A stretch of DNA of 64,000 bases from an uncultured Xanthomonas sp. (lineage in GTDB: Bacteria > Pseudomonadota > Gammaproteobacteria > Xanthomonadales > Xanthomonadaceae): assembly GCA_943912265.1 (NCBI GenBank), contig CALTTS010000011.1, forward strand, positions 15,309 to 79,308, in the 5' to 3' direction. The translations under genes and the position numbers were made by a program. Positions within the stretch are counted from its first letter, which is position 1. Every line of letters starts with the position of its first letter. Below, piece after piece: positions 1-8,615 of this stretch. Under the pieces are notes generated by a model. It was given only the letters and a program-made list of their open reading frames with translations, did not search any database and was not told where the DNA came from.

Positions 1-270
1 GCCAGGTGTCGAAGGGCCGGCCTTCGCATGGGCCACCCGCGGCGACGGCCGCGCCGGGCACCGGCCGCACGGCTGGCGGCAGCGGCCCGACAACGGCCGT
101 ATCGGGACCCTGCGCGATCACGCTGCCACCGGGCCGAACGGACCGGATGCCGTCGATGCCAGGGTCACCGCGCCACCGCTTCACCCCCGTACCGGCCGGC
201 GCCGGCCCGGGCGCGCCGACGGCGCGCGCGGCAGGCTGCCGGCCCGCCTCCCGCCATCACGGAACCCGAC

Positions 271-1611
271 ATGAGCGACACCCGCGACTTCCTGCTGCCC
301 GACCTCGGCGAAGGCCTGCCCGACGCGACCATCGTGGAATGGTTCGTGCGCGAAGGCGACACCGTGCGCCTCGACGAACCGCTGGTGGCGATGGAAACCG
401 CCAAGGCCGTGGTCGAAGTGCCCGCACCGGTATCCGGCACCGTGCTCAAGCTGGCCGGCGGCGCCGGCGACGTGATCCTCACCGGCCACCTGCTGGCCCG
501 CTTCGCGGCCGACCCGGCGCTGCCGCAACGCGCCGACGGCCACGACACCGGCCATCGCCACGGCGCCGCCCCGCCTGCCGCCGCGGCGCAGGCACAGCCG
601 GCCGGCGCCGCGGCGGACTCCGCCGACGCCGGCACCGTGGTCGGCGCGATGCAAAGTTCCGATGCCGTGCGCAGCGAAGCCGCGGTGGCCGTCGGCGGCG
701 TCAAGGCGATGCCGGCAGTGCGCGCGATGGCGAAGAAGCTCGGCATCGACCTGTCCCGCATCGCCGCCACCGGCGCCGACGGCACCGTCACCCTGACCGA
801 CGTGCGCCGTGCCGCCGAACAGGGACCGATGTCGCCGCTCGATGCCGCCGAGCCCGCACCGGCCCGCGTCACCCGCCCCGCCGCCGCCGCGCCGGCGCCC
901 GGCCCGGCGCGCACGCCGCTGTCGGCCAGCGGCAGGCCGATGCGCACGCGCCCGCCCGGTGCCGCCGACGCGCACGGCCAGCCCGAACCGCTGAAGGGCG
1001 TGCGCCGCAACATGGCGCGGGTGATGGCCGATGCCCACGCCCAGGTGGTGCCGACCACGCTGACCGACGATGCCGACCTGCACGCCTGGCCGGCCGGCAC
1101 CGACACCACCGCGCGGCTGGTGCGCGCGATCGTCGCCGCCGCGCGCGCGGTGCCCGCGCTCAATGCCTGGTTCGACGGCGCCGCGCTGACCCGCACCCTG
1201 CACCCGCAGGTGGACGTGGGCATCGCCGTGGACACCGACGAGGGCCTGTTCGTGCCGGTGCTGCGCAACGCCGACATGCTCGACGCCGCCGCCATCCGCA
1301 CCGGCATCCAGCGCCTGCGCGCGCAGGTGGGCGACCGCAGCATCGCGCCGTCGGAGCTGTCGGGAGCAACCCTCTCGCTGTCCAATTTCGGCATGTTCGC
1401 CGGCCGCTACGCCACGCCCGTGGTGGTGCCGCCGGCCGTGGCCATCGTCGGCGCCGGCCGCGCCCGGCACCAGCTGGTGCCGGTGATGGGCGGCATCGAA
1501 ACGCACCGGCTGCTGCCGATCTCGCTGAGCTTCGACCACCGTGCCGCCACCGGCGGCGAAGCCGCCCGCTTCCTGCGCGCCCTGCTCGACGATCTCGCCC
1601 GGCCGGACTGA
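271..1611 (+). CDS. 2-oxo acid dehydrogenase E2 component (dihydrolipoamide acyltransferase, single lipoyl domain; BkdB/AcoC-like)
   Basis: The translation has a lipoyl attachment motif (METAKAVVEVPAPVSG), an Ala/Pro-rich linker, a peripheral subunit-binding domain and a catalytic domain ending ...SFDHRAATGGEAARFL. The ATG at 271 was chosen inside the longer ORF 28..1611. Confidence 0.85.
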   Translation: MSDTRDFLLPDLGEGLPDATIVEWFVREGDTVRLDEPLVAMETAKAVVEVPAPVSGTVLKLAGGAGDVILTGHLLARFAADPALPQRADGHDTGHRHGAAPPAAAAQAQPAGAAADSADAGTVVGAMQSSDAVRSEAAVAVGGVKAMPAVRAMAKKLGIDLSRIAATGADGTVTLTDVRRAAEQGPMSPLDAAEPAPARVTRPAAAAPAPGPARTPLSASGRPMRTRPPGAADAHGQPEPLKGVRRNMARVMADAHAQVVPTTLTDDADLHAWPAGTDTTARLVRAIVAAARAVPALNAWFDGAALTRTLHPQVDVGIAVDTDEGLFVPVLRNADMLDAAAIRTGIQRLRAQVGDRSIAPSELSGATLSLSNFGMFAGRYATPVVVPPAVAIVGAGRARHQLVPVMGGIETHRLLPISLSFDHRAATGGEAARFLRALLDDLARPD

Positions 1612-1668
1612 CCGCACGACCGGCCACGGCGCTGCTGACGTGGCCATCCGCCTTCACGGAATCACGCC

Positions 1669-2052
1669 ATGAGCCACCGCAGCCGCCTCGCCGGGTTCAT
1701 CATCGACTGCCAGGGCGGGAACCACGACGCCGCCGCCGACTTCTGGAGCCGGGCCCTGGGCCTGCCGCGCGGGGAAACCCATGTGGACGGCCAGGCCCGC
1801 TACACCGCGCTGACCGGCACGCCGGCGGCGCTGCACGTGGAAGTGCAGCAGGTCGACCATCTCTCGCGCGTGCACCTGGACATCGAGGCCGACGACATCG
1901 ACGCCGAAGCCGCGCGGCTGGAAGCGCTGGGCGCCACGCGCATCGGCTTCGTCAAGCGCTGGTGGGTGATGCAGGCGCCCAGCGGCCAGCGCTTCTGCGT
2001 GGTGCGGATGAAACACCCCGGGCAGGGGACCGAACCCAACCGCTGGGACTGA
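1669..2052 (+). CDS. VOC/glyoxalase family protein
   Basis: 127 aa ORF with a glyoxalase-like fold pattern. It lies just downstream of the E2 gene. Confidence 0.6.
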   Translation: MSHRSRLAGFIIDCQGGNHDAAADFWSRALGLPRGETHVDGQARYTALTGTPAALHVEVQQVDHLSRVHLDIEADDIDAEAARLEALGATRIGFVKRWWVMQAPSGQRFCVVRMKHPGQGTEPNRWD

Positions 2053-2088
2053 AGCCCGGCCGGCAGCAGCAGACCAGTGTCGGGTTCC

Positions 2089-2116
2089 CGGCTCCCGCCC
2101 GCCGGAAGCGGAGCCG
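2089..2116. terminator. GC-rich hairpin between convergent genes
   Basis: Inverted repeat cggctcccgc / gcggagccg with a 9-nt loop, between the + glyoxalase gene and the - pilX-like gene. No clear U-run. Confidence 0.2.
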
Positions 2117-2155
2117 ACCGTGGCTGCGCCGCTGCCGGGAACGGGACCGCAGCCC

Positions 2156-4345
2156 CTACAGATACCGCGCCCAGCGGACCTGCACGCCGATGCCGCTTCC
2201 GGTGGAGGGCACCGCGGGGCAGGAGCCGTCCAGTTCGCACGGCTGCACCGCAGGCGTGTATCCCTCCGGCAGGCCGCGCAGATCCAGCGTGGTGCTGCCG
2301 CCGGCCGCATGCGAGGCATCGCCCTGCGACAGGGCGGTGACGGTTCCATGGATGGTCGTGCTGCCGCCGCTGGAATAGAGGTTGCCCGAAAGCACGCTGC
2401 CGAAGATTTCGCTGGAACTCCCCAGCACGATGTTGCCGCCCACGTAATGGTTCGCGCCGTCGTAGCTGCCGGCCAGGAGCGCGTAGTTGCCGATCACGCT
2501 GCCGGCGGGAGGCGCATAGGTCCCCGTGGCCGCGTTGCAGTAATCGGTGGGGTAGCGCCCGGGGAAATACGTGTTCAGGCAGATCCCGGTCGGCGCATAG
2601 GTCTTCTGGACGCCGGACGTGACGCGGGTGCCGTCGTATCCGGCATAGTTCATGCCGTATACCTTCGTCCCGCCGGCCGTGGACAGGTTGCCGGTAGCGA
2701 CGAAGGTATTGAAATAGGTGCCGTTGGAAAGCAGGAGGTTGCCCTCGAACCAGGCAATGCCGGGCACGAGGCTGGTCCCGCTCAGCGTCCAGGTCCGGCT
2801 GGACGCGTCGTAGGCGATGCAGTTGTTGTAGGTGGAATAGCCCGCGCATACCGCACCGGGCGGATCGCGCACCGGCGCCTTGCAACGCGGTGCCGCGGGG
2901 GTCGAGTCGGCAGCCAGTTCGCTGCACATGAAATCCTTGTAGCCGCGGCTCCAGCCGGTTTCGGCCGTGTTGTCGTAGTCGCCGATGAAATAGGTGCCGT
3001 CGGCGATGCCCGCGATCGCGCGCACCGTGACCACCTTGTAGCCGCCGGCATCGATCTTGAACGCGTAGTGCGCCAGGTTCTCCACCGTGTAGGCATTGAA
3101 ATTGCTCGTGTTCAGCGTCACCGGCGAAACCGGGGAAATCGGAACCTGCAAGCCGGGCTGGACGAGGACGCCGGACCATCCCGCCGTGCAGTTGCCCGGC
3201 CCGCTGACCGATTTGCCCGCCACGCCCGATTCGCTGCCGCCGCAGTTGGTATCCAGCACGCGACCCGTCGCGCGCAAGCCGTTGCCGGTGGCGACCGAAC
3301 CGGAATTGATCCTCACGCTTCCGTCGGCCGTCACCGTTTTCGCTCCCGAATTGTCCTGGAGATCGACGGCATACGGATTGCCGTCCGCATCGATCGCCAC
3401 CGAGGGGCACTTGGCGGTCGTCTGCGCATCCCGGTCGCTGTGGCCCAGGGCCTGCACGTCGCCAAGGGCGACGCTGCCGCCGGCCACCACCGAGCCGTTC
3501 GCCTTGACCGTTGCATTGGCGGCGTTCGCGCCACCGGAGAGGCAGATGTCGCCGCGCGCCAGCACCGCCTGGGTGGCGCTGACGGAACCGTCGAACTTGA
3601 TGTCGCCGTTGGATTCCAGCGTGCCGAACGTGGAACCGCTGGATATCTGGATCGAGCCCGTGGCGCGGATCGTGTCCACGCCGGTGATGCTGTTGCCGCC
3701 GGTGGTCAGATCGCCGTTGACGTTGATCTGGTATCGGGCGCCTTCGTCCTTGAGGATCTTGATGTCGCCGGACAGGTTCAGATCGTTGTTGAACGTGATC
3801 ACCGCCGGCGTGGAGGTGCCGTCGCTGCCGCCGCCCGTGGTGCCGCTGCCGGACACCGGTTCCACCTCGTACACCACTTCCACCGTGGCGGTGGCCAGGC
3901 GATTGGCCGGCACGGTCGCGCAGGCATTGCCGGCGCAGCCGGTGACGCGTGCGGTGATGCGGTAGGCGCCCTGCGTGGCGGCCCGGCAGATGCCGGTCAG
4001 CCGGGCATCGCCGATCTGCAGGCCGGCCATGCCGGCGAGCGGCAGGTCCAGGGCCGTGCCGCCACCGTCGCAGTCCTGGCTCCAGGCGGCCCCCGTGGCC
4101 AGCCCGCTCCAGCCGAGCAACCTGGCGGCATCCGTCTGCAGCAGCGTCTGGCGCAGGGTCTCCACGCCCCGCCAGGCCGCCGCCCGCGCGGCCGCATCGG
4201 CATGGGTGCCCAGTTGCCGCTGCTGGTTGCCGCGCAGCGCATGCACGGCGCCCAGCACGGTCACCGTCATCGCCAGACCGAGCAGCAGCAGGATCAGCAA
4301 GGTGGCGATGCCGCGCTGGCGGCCCGCACGAAGATCCGCATTCAT
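2156..4345 (-). CDS. Large PilX-N-terminal-domain minor pilin-like protein with Gly/Ser/Thr-rich repeat region and Cys-rich C-terminal domain (729 aa)
   Basis: N-terminus MNADLRAGRQRGIATLLILLLLGLAMTVTVLGAV matches the PilX N-terminal signature (RQRG + hydrophobic helix). It is followed by ~450 aa of G/S/T/N-rich repeats (GDIKILKDEG..., SNGDIKFDGS...) and a C-terminal part with about 10 Cys. The ATG overlaps the upstream pilW stop (ATGA). Confidence 0.7.
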   Translation of the reverse strand: MNADLRAGRQRGIATLLILLLLGLAMTVTVLGAVHALRGNQQRQLGTHADAAARAAAWRGVETLRQTLLQTDAARLLGWSGLATGAAWSQDCDGGGTALDLPLAGMAGLQIGDARLTGICRAATQGAYRITARVTGCAGNACATVPANRLATATVEVVYEVEPVSGSGTTGGGSDGTSTPAVITFNNDLNLSGDIKILKDEGARYQINVNGDLTTGGNSITGVDTIRATGSIQISSGSTFGTLESNGDIKFDGSVSATQAVLARGDICLSGGANAANATVKANGSVVAGGSVALGDVQALGHSDRDAQTTAKCPSVAIDADGNPYAVDLQDNSGAKTVTADGSVRINSGSVATGNGLRATGRVLDTNCGGSESGVAGKSVSGPGNCTAGWSGVLVQPGLQVPISPVSPVTLNTSNFNAYTVENLAHYAFKIDAGGYKVVTVRAIAGIADGTYFIGDYDNTAETGWSRGYKDFMCSELAADSTPAAPRCKAPVRDPPGAVCAGYSTYNNCIAYDASSRTWTLSGTSLVPGIAWFEGNLLLSNGTYFNTFVATGNLSTAGGTKVYGMNYAGYDGTRVTSGVQKTYAPTGICLNTYFPGRYPTDYCNAATGTYAPPAGSVIGNYALLAGSYDGANHYVGGNIVLGSSSEIFGSVLSGNLYSSGGSTTIHGTVTALSQGDASHAAGGSTTLDLRGLPEGYTPAVQPCELDGSCPAVPSTGSGIGVQVRWARYL

Positions 4346-5070
4346 GGGCTGGTTCCCCCGCTGGCGGCCGGCGTGCTCTGGCCGACCACGATGTTGGACA
4401 GGCACGCCACCAGCAGATCGCCGCCGTCGCTGGCGCGCAGCACCACGCGCTGGGCCAGCGCATGCGCCGTGTCGGCCGCCAGGGCCTGCTGCGCATAGGG
4501 CAGCGTGCAGGTGCCGTCGAGCAGGAAGCGCGCGCCGCCGGGATTCGGCACGCCCGTCTCGGCCAGTGCGGCGCCGCTGCGGTCGCTTTGCCGGAAAAAG
4601 GCCATGCCCGTGGCCAGTGCCCGGGTTTCGGTGCCGGCCCAGCTTGCGGTGCCGGCATCGGTGCAGGCCCTGGGAACCAGCCAGTACAGCCCTTGCGCGG
4701 TCCCGGTGGAAGCCAGCTGCAGCCCGGCGCAGGTATCGCTGCTGCCATCCGTGCGGTAGCGCCAGACGATCCGCGACGGCTCGGCACCGGCCGCGGTGAC
4801 CGACAACAGCGACGTCTCCGCCGGCCCCGCCGTCCGCTCGATGCCGTAACCGGCCTGCAGCAGTTCGAGCCGGGCCGCTTCCAGTGCCGAGCTCCATTGC
4901 CCGTCGCGGCGGGCGGCGCCCGAAGCGTTGGCCGAGGCGTCGATCACCAGCCGGTACAGCGCCAGTGTCGCGATGATCGCCAGGATCGACAGCAGCAACC
5001 CCACCAGCAGGCCGACCAGGCTCAGGCCCGCCTGCAGGCGCGGCGCCGGCCGGACAGGATGGTCCGTCAT
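4342..5070 (-). CDS. PilW-like type IV pilus minor pilin (atypical: Gly at +5)
   Basis: N-terminus MTDHPVRPAPRLQAGLSLVGLLVGLLLSILAIIATL has a prepilin-like leader and hydrophobic helix. The position equivalent to Glu+5 is Gly. The start overlaps the pilV stop (ATGA). Confidence 0.55.
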   Translation of the reverse strand: MTDHPVRPAPRLQAGLSLVGLLVGLLLSILAIIATLALYRLVIDASANASGAARRDGQWSSALEAARLELLQAGYGIERTAGPAETSLLSVTAAGAEPSRIVWRYRTDGSSDTCAGLQLASTGTAQGLYWLVPRACTDAGTASWAGTETRALATGMAFFRQSDRSGAALAETGVPNPGGARFLLDGTCTLPYAQQALAADTAHALAQRVVLRASDGGDLLVACLSNIVVGQSTPAASGGTSP

Positions 5071-5477
5071 TGCTGCGTCCCCAGGGCAAGCGCGGTCTGC
5101 CCGTCCAGCCCGAGATCGCCGGCCGCCACCGTCAATGTCATGGCGGGCGGCGGCGTGACCGTGTAGCTGGTCCCGTCCAGCGTCACGCCGAGGCCGGAGG
5201 CGGTGGCGCAGGCCACGGCGATGGCCTTGTCGCCAAGCGCCGAGGGCAGGGCCAGCGACGGCGACGTGCCGCACAGCTGCACGCCGCTTTCCGCCAGCTG
5301 CCGCTCCATGCCGTCCAGCGCCAGCCTTGCCACGGCGGCCTGGCGCTGCTGATCCAGCGTGCGCGCGAGCAGGTGCGCCATGCCGGCGCCCACCAGCCCG
5401 GCCACCAGCACGCCGATCAGGGCCTCCAGCAGGATGTCGCCGCGCTGGCGGCCGGGGGACTCACCACGCTTCGACAT
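5067..5477 (-). CDS. PilV-like type IV pilus minor pilin
   Basis: N-terminus RQRGDILLEALIGVLVAGLV keeps Gly-1 and Glu+5. Position +1 is Asp rather than Phe/Met. 136 aa. Confidence 0.55.
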   Translation of the reverse strand: MSKRGESPGRQRGDILLEALIGVLVAGLVGAGMAHLLARTLDQQRQAAVARLALDGMERQLAESGVQLCGTSPSLALPSALGDKAIAVACATASGLGVTLDGTSYTVTPPPAMTLTVAAGDLGLDGQTALALGTQQ

Positions 5478-5967
5478 CGACGGACTCCAGCTGACCCACC
5501 TTCACTCCGACGACGACCCGGGACGTGCCGGCCGGCAGCGGGCAGTCGTCCGATCCCACCGGCCGGCCGCGCGTGTCGTAACCGAGGCAGGCGAAATCGG
5601 CCGTGCCGACCTTCAGCGCCACGCTGCCGGTCACCGGCGCGCTCTGCCAGAACGGCGCCGTGCCGGCCGCCGGCCAGCCGCCGTCGGGTTGCCGCAGCAC
5701 CACGCGCAAGGCATGCGTCCCCGCGTCGTGCACGAGCCGGGATGCCTCCACGGGCGAACCAGCGTTGCCGGCCAGCAATGCCTCGGGATTGCGCAATGCC
5801 ACCGCCCGCGCCTGGCCAATGCCCTCGTTCAGCCGGCCCACCATCTGCCACTGGCGGTTGGCGTCCAGCCAGTCGCGGGTGAACGGCATCGCCACCGCGG
5901 CCAGCACCGCCACGATCAGCAGCGTGATGGCGATCTCGACCAGGGTGAACCCCGCTGCACGCACCAT
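5461..5967 (-). CDS. FimT/FimU (GspH-like) type IV minor pilin
   Basis: N-terminus MVRAAGFTLVEIAITLLIVAVLA carries the canonical GFTLVE prepilin cleavage/methylation motif. 168 aa. Confidence 0.75.
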   Translation of the reverse strand: MVRAAGFTLVEIAITLLIVAVLAAVAMPFTRDWLDANRQWQMVGRLNEGIGQARAVALRNPEALLAGNAGSPVEASRLVHDAGTHALRVVLRQPDGGWPAAGTAPFWQSAPVTGSVALKVGTADFACLGYDTRGRPVGSDDCPLPAGTSRVVVGVKVGQLESVDVEAW

Positions 5968-5971
5968 GGCG

Positions 5972-6361
5972 CTACCACCCGTCGCCCGAGCTGCCGGGGC
6001 AGCCGGACTGGCCGCGGGCGCCGTCGGCCGCCAGCGTCAGCGAGCAGCCGGCCAACCGCCCGGCGCCGGTGGCCGTCAGCGTGTAGCCGCCCGTGGCGGC
6101 ATACGAGAACCCGAAATCGCCGGCTTTCGATGCCGGATTGAACGCCGCCTTCGCGGCGGTTTCGTCGGCCGGAAAGGCCAGGGTCCGCTGCCGCATGCCT
6201 TCGACCACCGCCGACCAGGCCAGCAGGTCGCTCTGCGCGATGCGGACCTTGGTGCGCAGCACGTACTGCCCGTAGGCCGGCAACGCGATGGCGGCGAGGA
6301 TCGCCAGGATCGCGACCACCACCATCAGCTCGATCAGCGTGAAACCGCGCCCCCGCTCCAT
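5972..6361 (-). CDS. Type IV pilin (PilE/PilA-like) with C-terminal disulfide pair
   Basis: N-terminus [33 protein letters not shown] matches the type IVa pilin consensus. A C-terminal Cys pair ([16 protein letters not shown]) is present. RBS AAGGA upstream. Confidence 0.8.
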   Translation of the reverse strand: MERGRGFTLIELMVVVAILAILAAIALPAYGQYVLRTKVRIAQSDLLAWSAVVEGMRQRTLAFPADETAAKAAFNPASKAGDFGFSYAATGGYTLTATGAGRLAGCSLTLAADGARGQSGCPGSSGDGW

Positions 6362-6417
6362 GCCCCTGTCCTTGTATGCGGCCGCCGCGGACTCGCCGCC
6401 GGCATGCCTCGAGGACA

Positions 6418-6447
6418 GATGACACCTTCAAATTGCCATATTGTCAA
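6418..6447 (-). promoter_or_regulatory. Candidate sigma70-like promoter for the pilin operon
   Basis: Minus-strand TTGACA, a 17-nt spacer, then TGTCAT, about 55 nt upstream of the pilin ATG. No convincing sigma54 (GG-N10-GC) match. Confidence 0.2.
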
Positions 6448-6510
6448 CCAGGAATTGCGTAAAGCCACGGGGGTACGGGCAAGAATCCACGGGTTCCACG
6501 GAAACCCACC

Positions 6511-6924
6511 TTGCACAACGCCCACTGGAGGTTGGCGACAGAGATGGCCGCGCCAGCCGAAGACTTCGCAAAACGCCTGCGCTGGTCCCTGGATCACGCC
6601 GGGTTCGCGCGCGGACGGGGGCGGGCCAGCGCCCTCGCCTTGCGCTACGGCGTCAGCCGCGAAACCTCGCGCAAGTGGCTCAACGGCATGGCCATGCCCG
6701 AACTGGAACGGATGATCGAACTGGCGACCGATTTCGGCGTCAGCTTCGACTGGCTGGCGACCGGGCGCATGCCCACCCTCCCGGCAAACCGGCTCGCGGA
6801 AGCGGCCGCCGACTACGACACCGCACCGCTGTCCGGCGACGAAATGAAGGTGCTCCGCAGCCTGCGCAGGCTGCCACCGCCCAAGCTGCGCGTCATCCTC
6901 GACCTGATCGACCTGCTGGGCTGA
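6511..6924 (+). CDS. XRE/Cro-C1-type helix-turn-helix transcriptional regulator
   Basis: HTH-like segment ASALALRYGVSRETSRKWLNGMAMPELERMIELATDFGVSFDWLATG. Divergent from the pilin operon. The start may be the internal ATG at 6544. Confidence 0.55.
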   Translation: MHNAHWRLATEMAAPAEDFAKRLRWSLDHAGFARGRGRASALALRYGVSRETSRKWLNGMAMPELERMIELATDFGVSFDWLATGRMPTLPANRLAEAAADYDTAPLSGDEMKVLRSLRRLPPPKLRVILDLIDLLG

Positions 6925-6972
6925 GCCCCGCTTCCCGCATCGCCGGCGGCCGCGGACCGGCCACGCCGTTTC

Positions 6973-7917
6973 TCAGCGCCGCTCGCGGTCCAGCCAGCAG
7001 GCCAGGCCCTGTGCGTTGAGTTCGATGTCCATGTCGATCGTGCGCAGCACGCCGGCATCGTCCAGCGGCACGGCCTGCGCGCGGGCACGGCGCAGGTAGA
7101 GCGCGGCCAGTGCCGCGCGCAGGCGCGCATGGCGGTCGTCGGCATCGGCCGCCGCCGCATCGGCCTCGCCGGCGATGGCGACCATCGCGTCGATCTGCTC
7201 GACCAGATCGGCGGCCAGCCGCTCGACCTCGACCACGCGGTCGTAGTGGGTCAGGTACATCGCCTGCGGCGCGCTGGACAGCAGCCGCGCGATGGACGCC
7301 TTCAGCGCTTCGGGCTCGAACTGCACCGGCGAAGTGGTGGGCAGGATGAACGGCCCGTCGGGGCCGTCCAGCTCGCGGTAGGACAGGCCGAAGGTGTCGC
7401 CGGTGAACCAGCTGCGGCTGCGCGCGTCCCACACGCACAGGTGGTGGCGCGCGTGGCCGGGGGTGTCGCGGCACAGCAGCGGGCGCCCGGCCAGATCGAC
7501 CACGTGGCCGTCCTCGGCCACCACCACCCGTTCGGCCGGCACCGGCACGATGGCGCCGTAGCTGCGCGCGATCTCGGCCTCGCCGTACACGGCCGTGGCA
7601 CCGGCCACCAGCGCGGACGGGTCGATCATGTGGCGCACACCGCGCGGGTGCACCGCCAGCCGCGCGTTCGGCAGCAGCTGCATCAGCGCGCCGGCGCCGC
7701 CGGCATGGTCGAGGTGGACGTGGGTGAGGATCAGCCAGTCCACGTTGGCCGGCGCGAGGCCGGCGCGTTCGAGCGCGGCCAGGATGTTGGGGATCGAATG
7801 CTGGGTGCCGCAGTCGACCAGCGCGCCGCGCCCGTTCTGGACGACAAGGTAGGCCGCGTCGAAATGCTCGCGCTGGAACGCGGTGTCGATGGTGTGGATG
7901 CCGTGCAGATGGGTCAT
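6973..7917 (-). CDS. MBL-fold metallo-hydrolase
   Basis: HxHxDH motif (THVHLDHAGG) and later His/Asp ligands. Start at MTHLHGIH; an alternative ATG is at 7947. Confidence 0.75.
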   Translation of the reverse strand: MTHLHGIHTIDTAFQREHFDAAYLVVQNGRGALVDCGTQHSIPNILAALERAGLAPANVDWLILTHVHLDHAGGAGALMQLLPNARLAVHPRGVRHMIDPSALVAGATAVYGEAEIARSYGAIVPVPAERVVVAEDGHVVDLAGRPLLCRDTPGHARHHLCVWDARSRSWFTGDTFGLSYRELDGPDGPFILPTTSPVQFEPEALKASIARLLSSAPQAMYLTHYDRVVEVERLAADLVEQIDAMVAIAGEADAAAADADDRHARLRAALAALYLRRARAQAVPLDDAGVLRTIDMDIELNAQGLACWLDRERR

Positions 7918-8111
7918 GGCGCCGTCCTGGATGTCCGTGCCGAGCATAGGCGGTGGCGCCGGCCGGCATGGATAGGGCTTTGGTCGAAACCGGCAGGCCG
8001 TCACGCGGCGCGCATCGTCCTGAACCGCGTGCCGGGGCGGCGCGCGGTTTTCACCGCGCCTGCATCGCGGCTCGGCAAGGCTGGGGCCGGACATCAACCG
8101 AGGAGAACGCG

Positions 8112-8561
8112 ATGCGAACCCATGCCCTGAGGCTGGCGATGGCCCTGGCCGCCATGACCGCGGTGCCCGTGCTGGCGATGGCGCCACCGGCCGCCGCGCA
8201 GGCCGGCACGGCGACCCGGGCGCAGGCCGAGCAGCAGCTGCGCGCCGGCGGCTACACCCGGGTGCACGACCTGCGCTTCGACCAAGGCCTCTGGCAGGCC
8301 AAGGCCACCAGCGCGGACGGCCAGGACGTGCGCGTCAGGATCGACCCGGAAAGCGGCGAGATCCTCGCCGACAAGGCGGTCTCGCAGGTCGGCAAGGACG
8401 ACATCCGCGCCAGCCTGTCCGCCGCCGGCTACACCGACGCCCACGACATCGACTTCGACGACGGCGTGTGGAAGGCCAAGGCGAAGAATGCCAACGGCGA
8501 CAAGGTGGAACTGCAGCTGAGCCCGAAGGACGCCGGCATCCTCGCGGTCGACGGCGACTGA
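8112..8561 (+). CDS. Secreted PepSY-domain protein (two PepSY repeats)
   Basis: Signal peptide MRTHALRLAMALAAMTAVPVLAMA followed by two ~55-aa repeats (GYTRVHDLRFDQGLWQAKA / GYTDAHDIDFDDGVWKAKA). RBS AGGAGA. Confidence 0.7.
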   Translation: MRTHALRLAMALAAMTAVPVLAMAPPAAAQAGTATRAQAEQQLRAGGYTRVHDLRFDQGLWQAKATSADGQDVRVRIDPESGEILADKAVSQVGKDDIRASLSAAGYTDAHDIDFDDGVWKAKAKNANGDKVELQLSPKDAGILAVDGD

Positions 8562-8573
8562 GGTGCATCCGTC

Positions 8574-8613
8574 CGCGCCGCGCCGGTAACCGGCAACCGG
8601 CGCGCGCCGCGGC
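8574..8613. terminator. Bidirectional GC hairpin between convergent PepSY gene and trpS
   Basis: Stem gcgccggt / accggcgc with extended GC pairing on both sides. Confidence 0.35.
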
Positions 8614-8615
8614 GA

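Noticed and set aside
1-270. Possible 3' end of an E1-beta gene upstream of the E2 gene.
   Set aside because: None of the three forward frames gives a sequence resembling a transketolase-C/E1-beta C-terminus. It is left unannotated.
6-5089. Very long ORFs in the track on the opposite strand or alternate frames of real genes (6..2378 +, 1800..4787 -, 2120..4498 +, also 59127..62252 +, 11331..13292 +, 27101..30811 +).
   Set aside because: Their products are Arg/Pro/Gly/Ala low-complexity strings. At ~70% GC stop codons are rare, and they overlap genes with clear homology on the other strand or frame.
6362-6510. Sigma54 (-24/-12) promoter upstream of the pilin gene.
   Set aside because: No TGGCAC-N5-TTGCW match. 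Only a weak sigma70-like TTGACA/TGTCAT pair is present.
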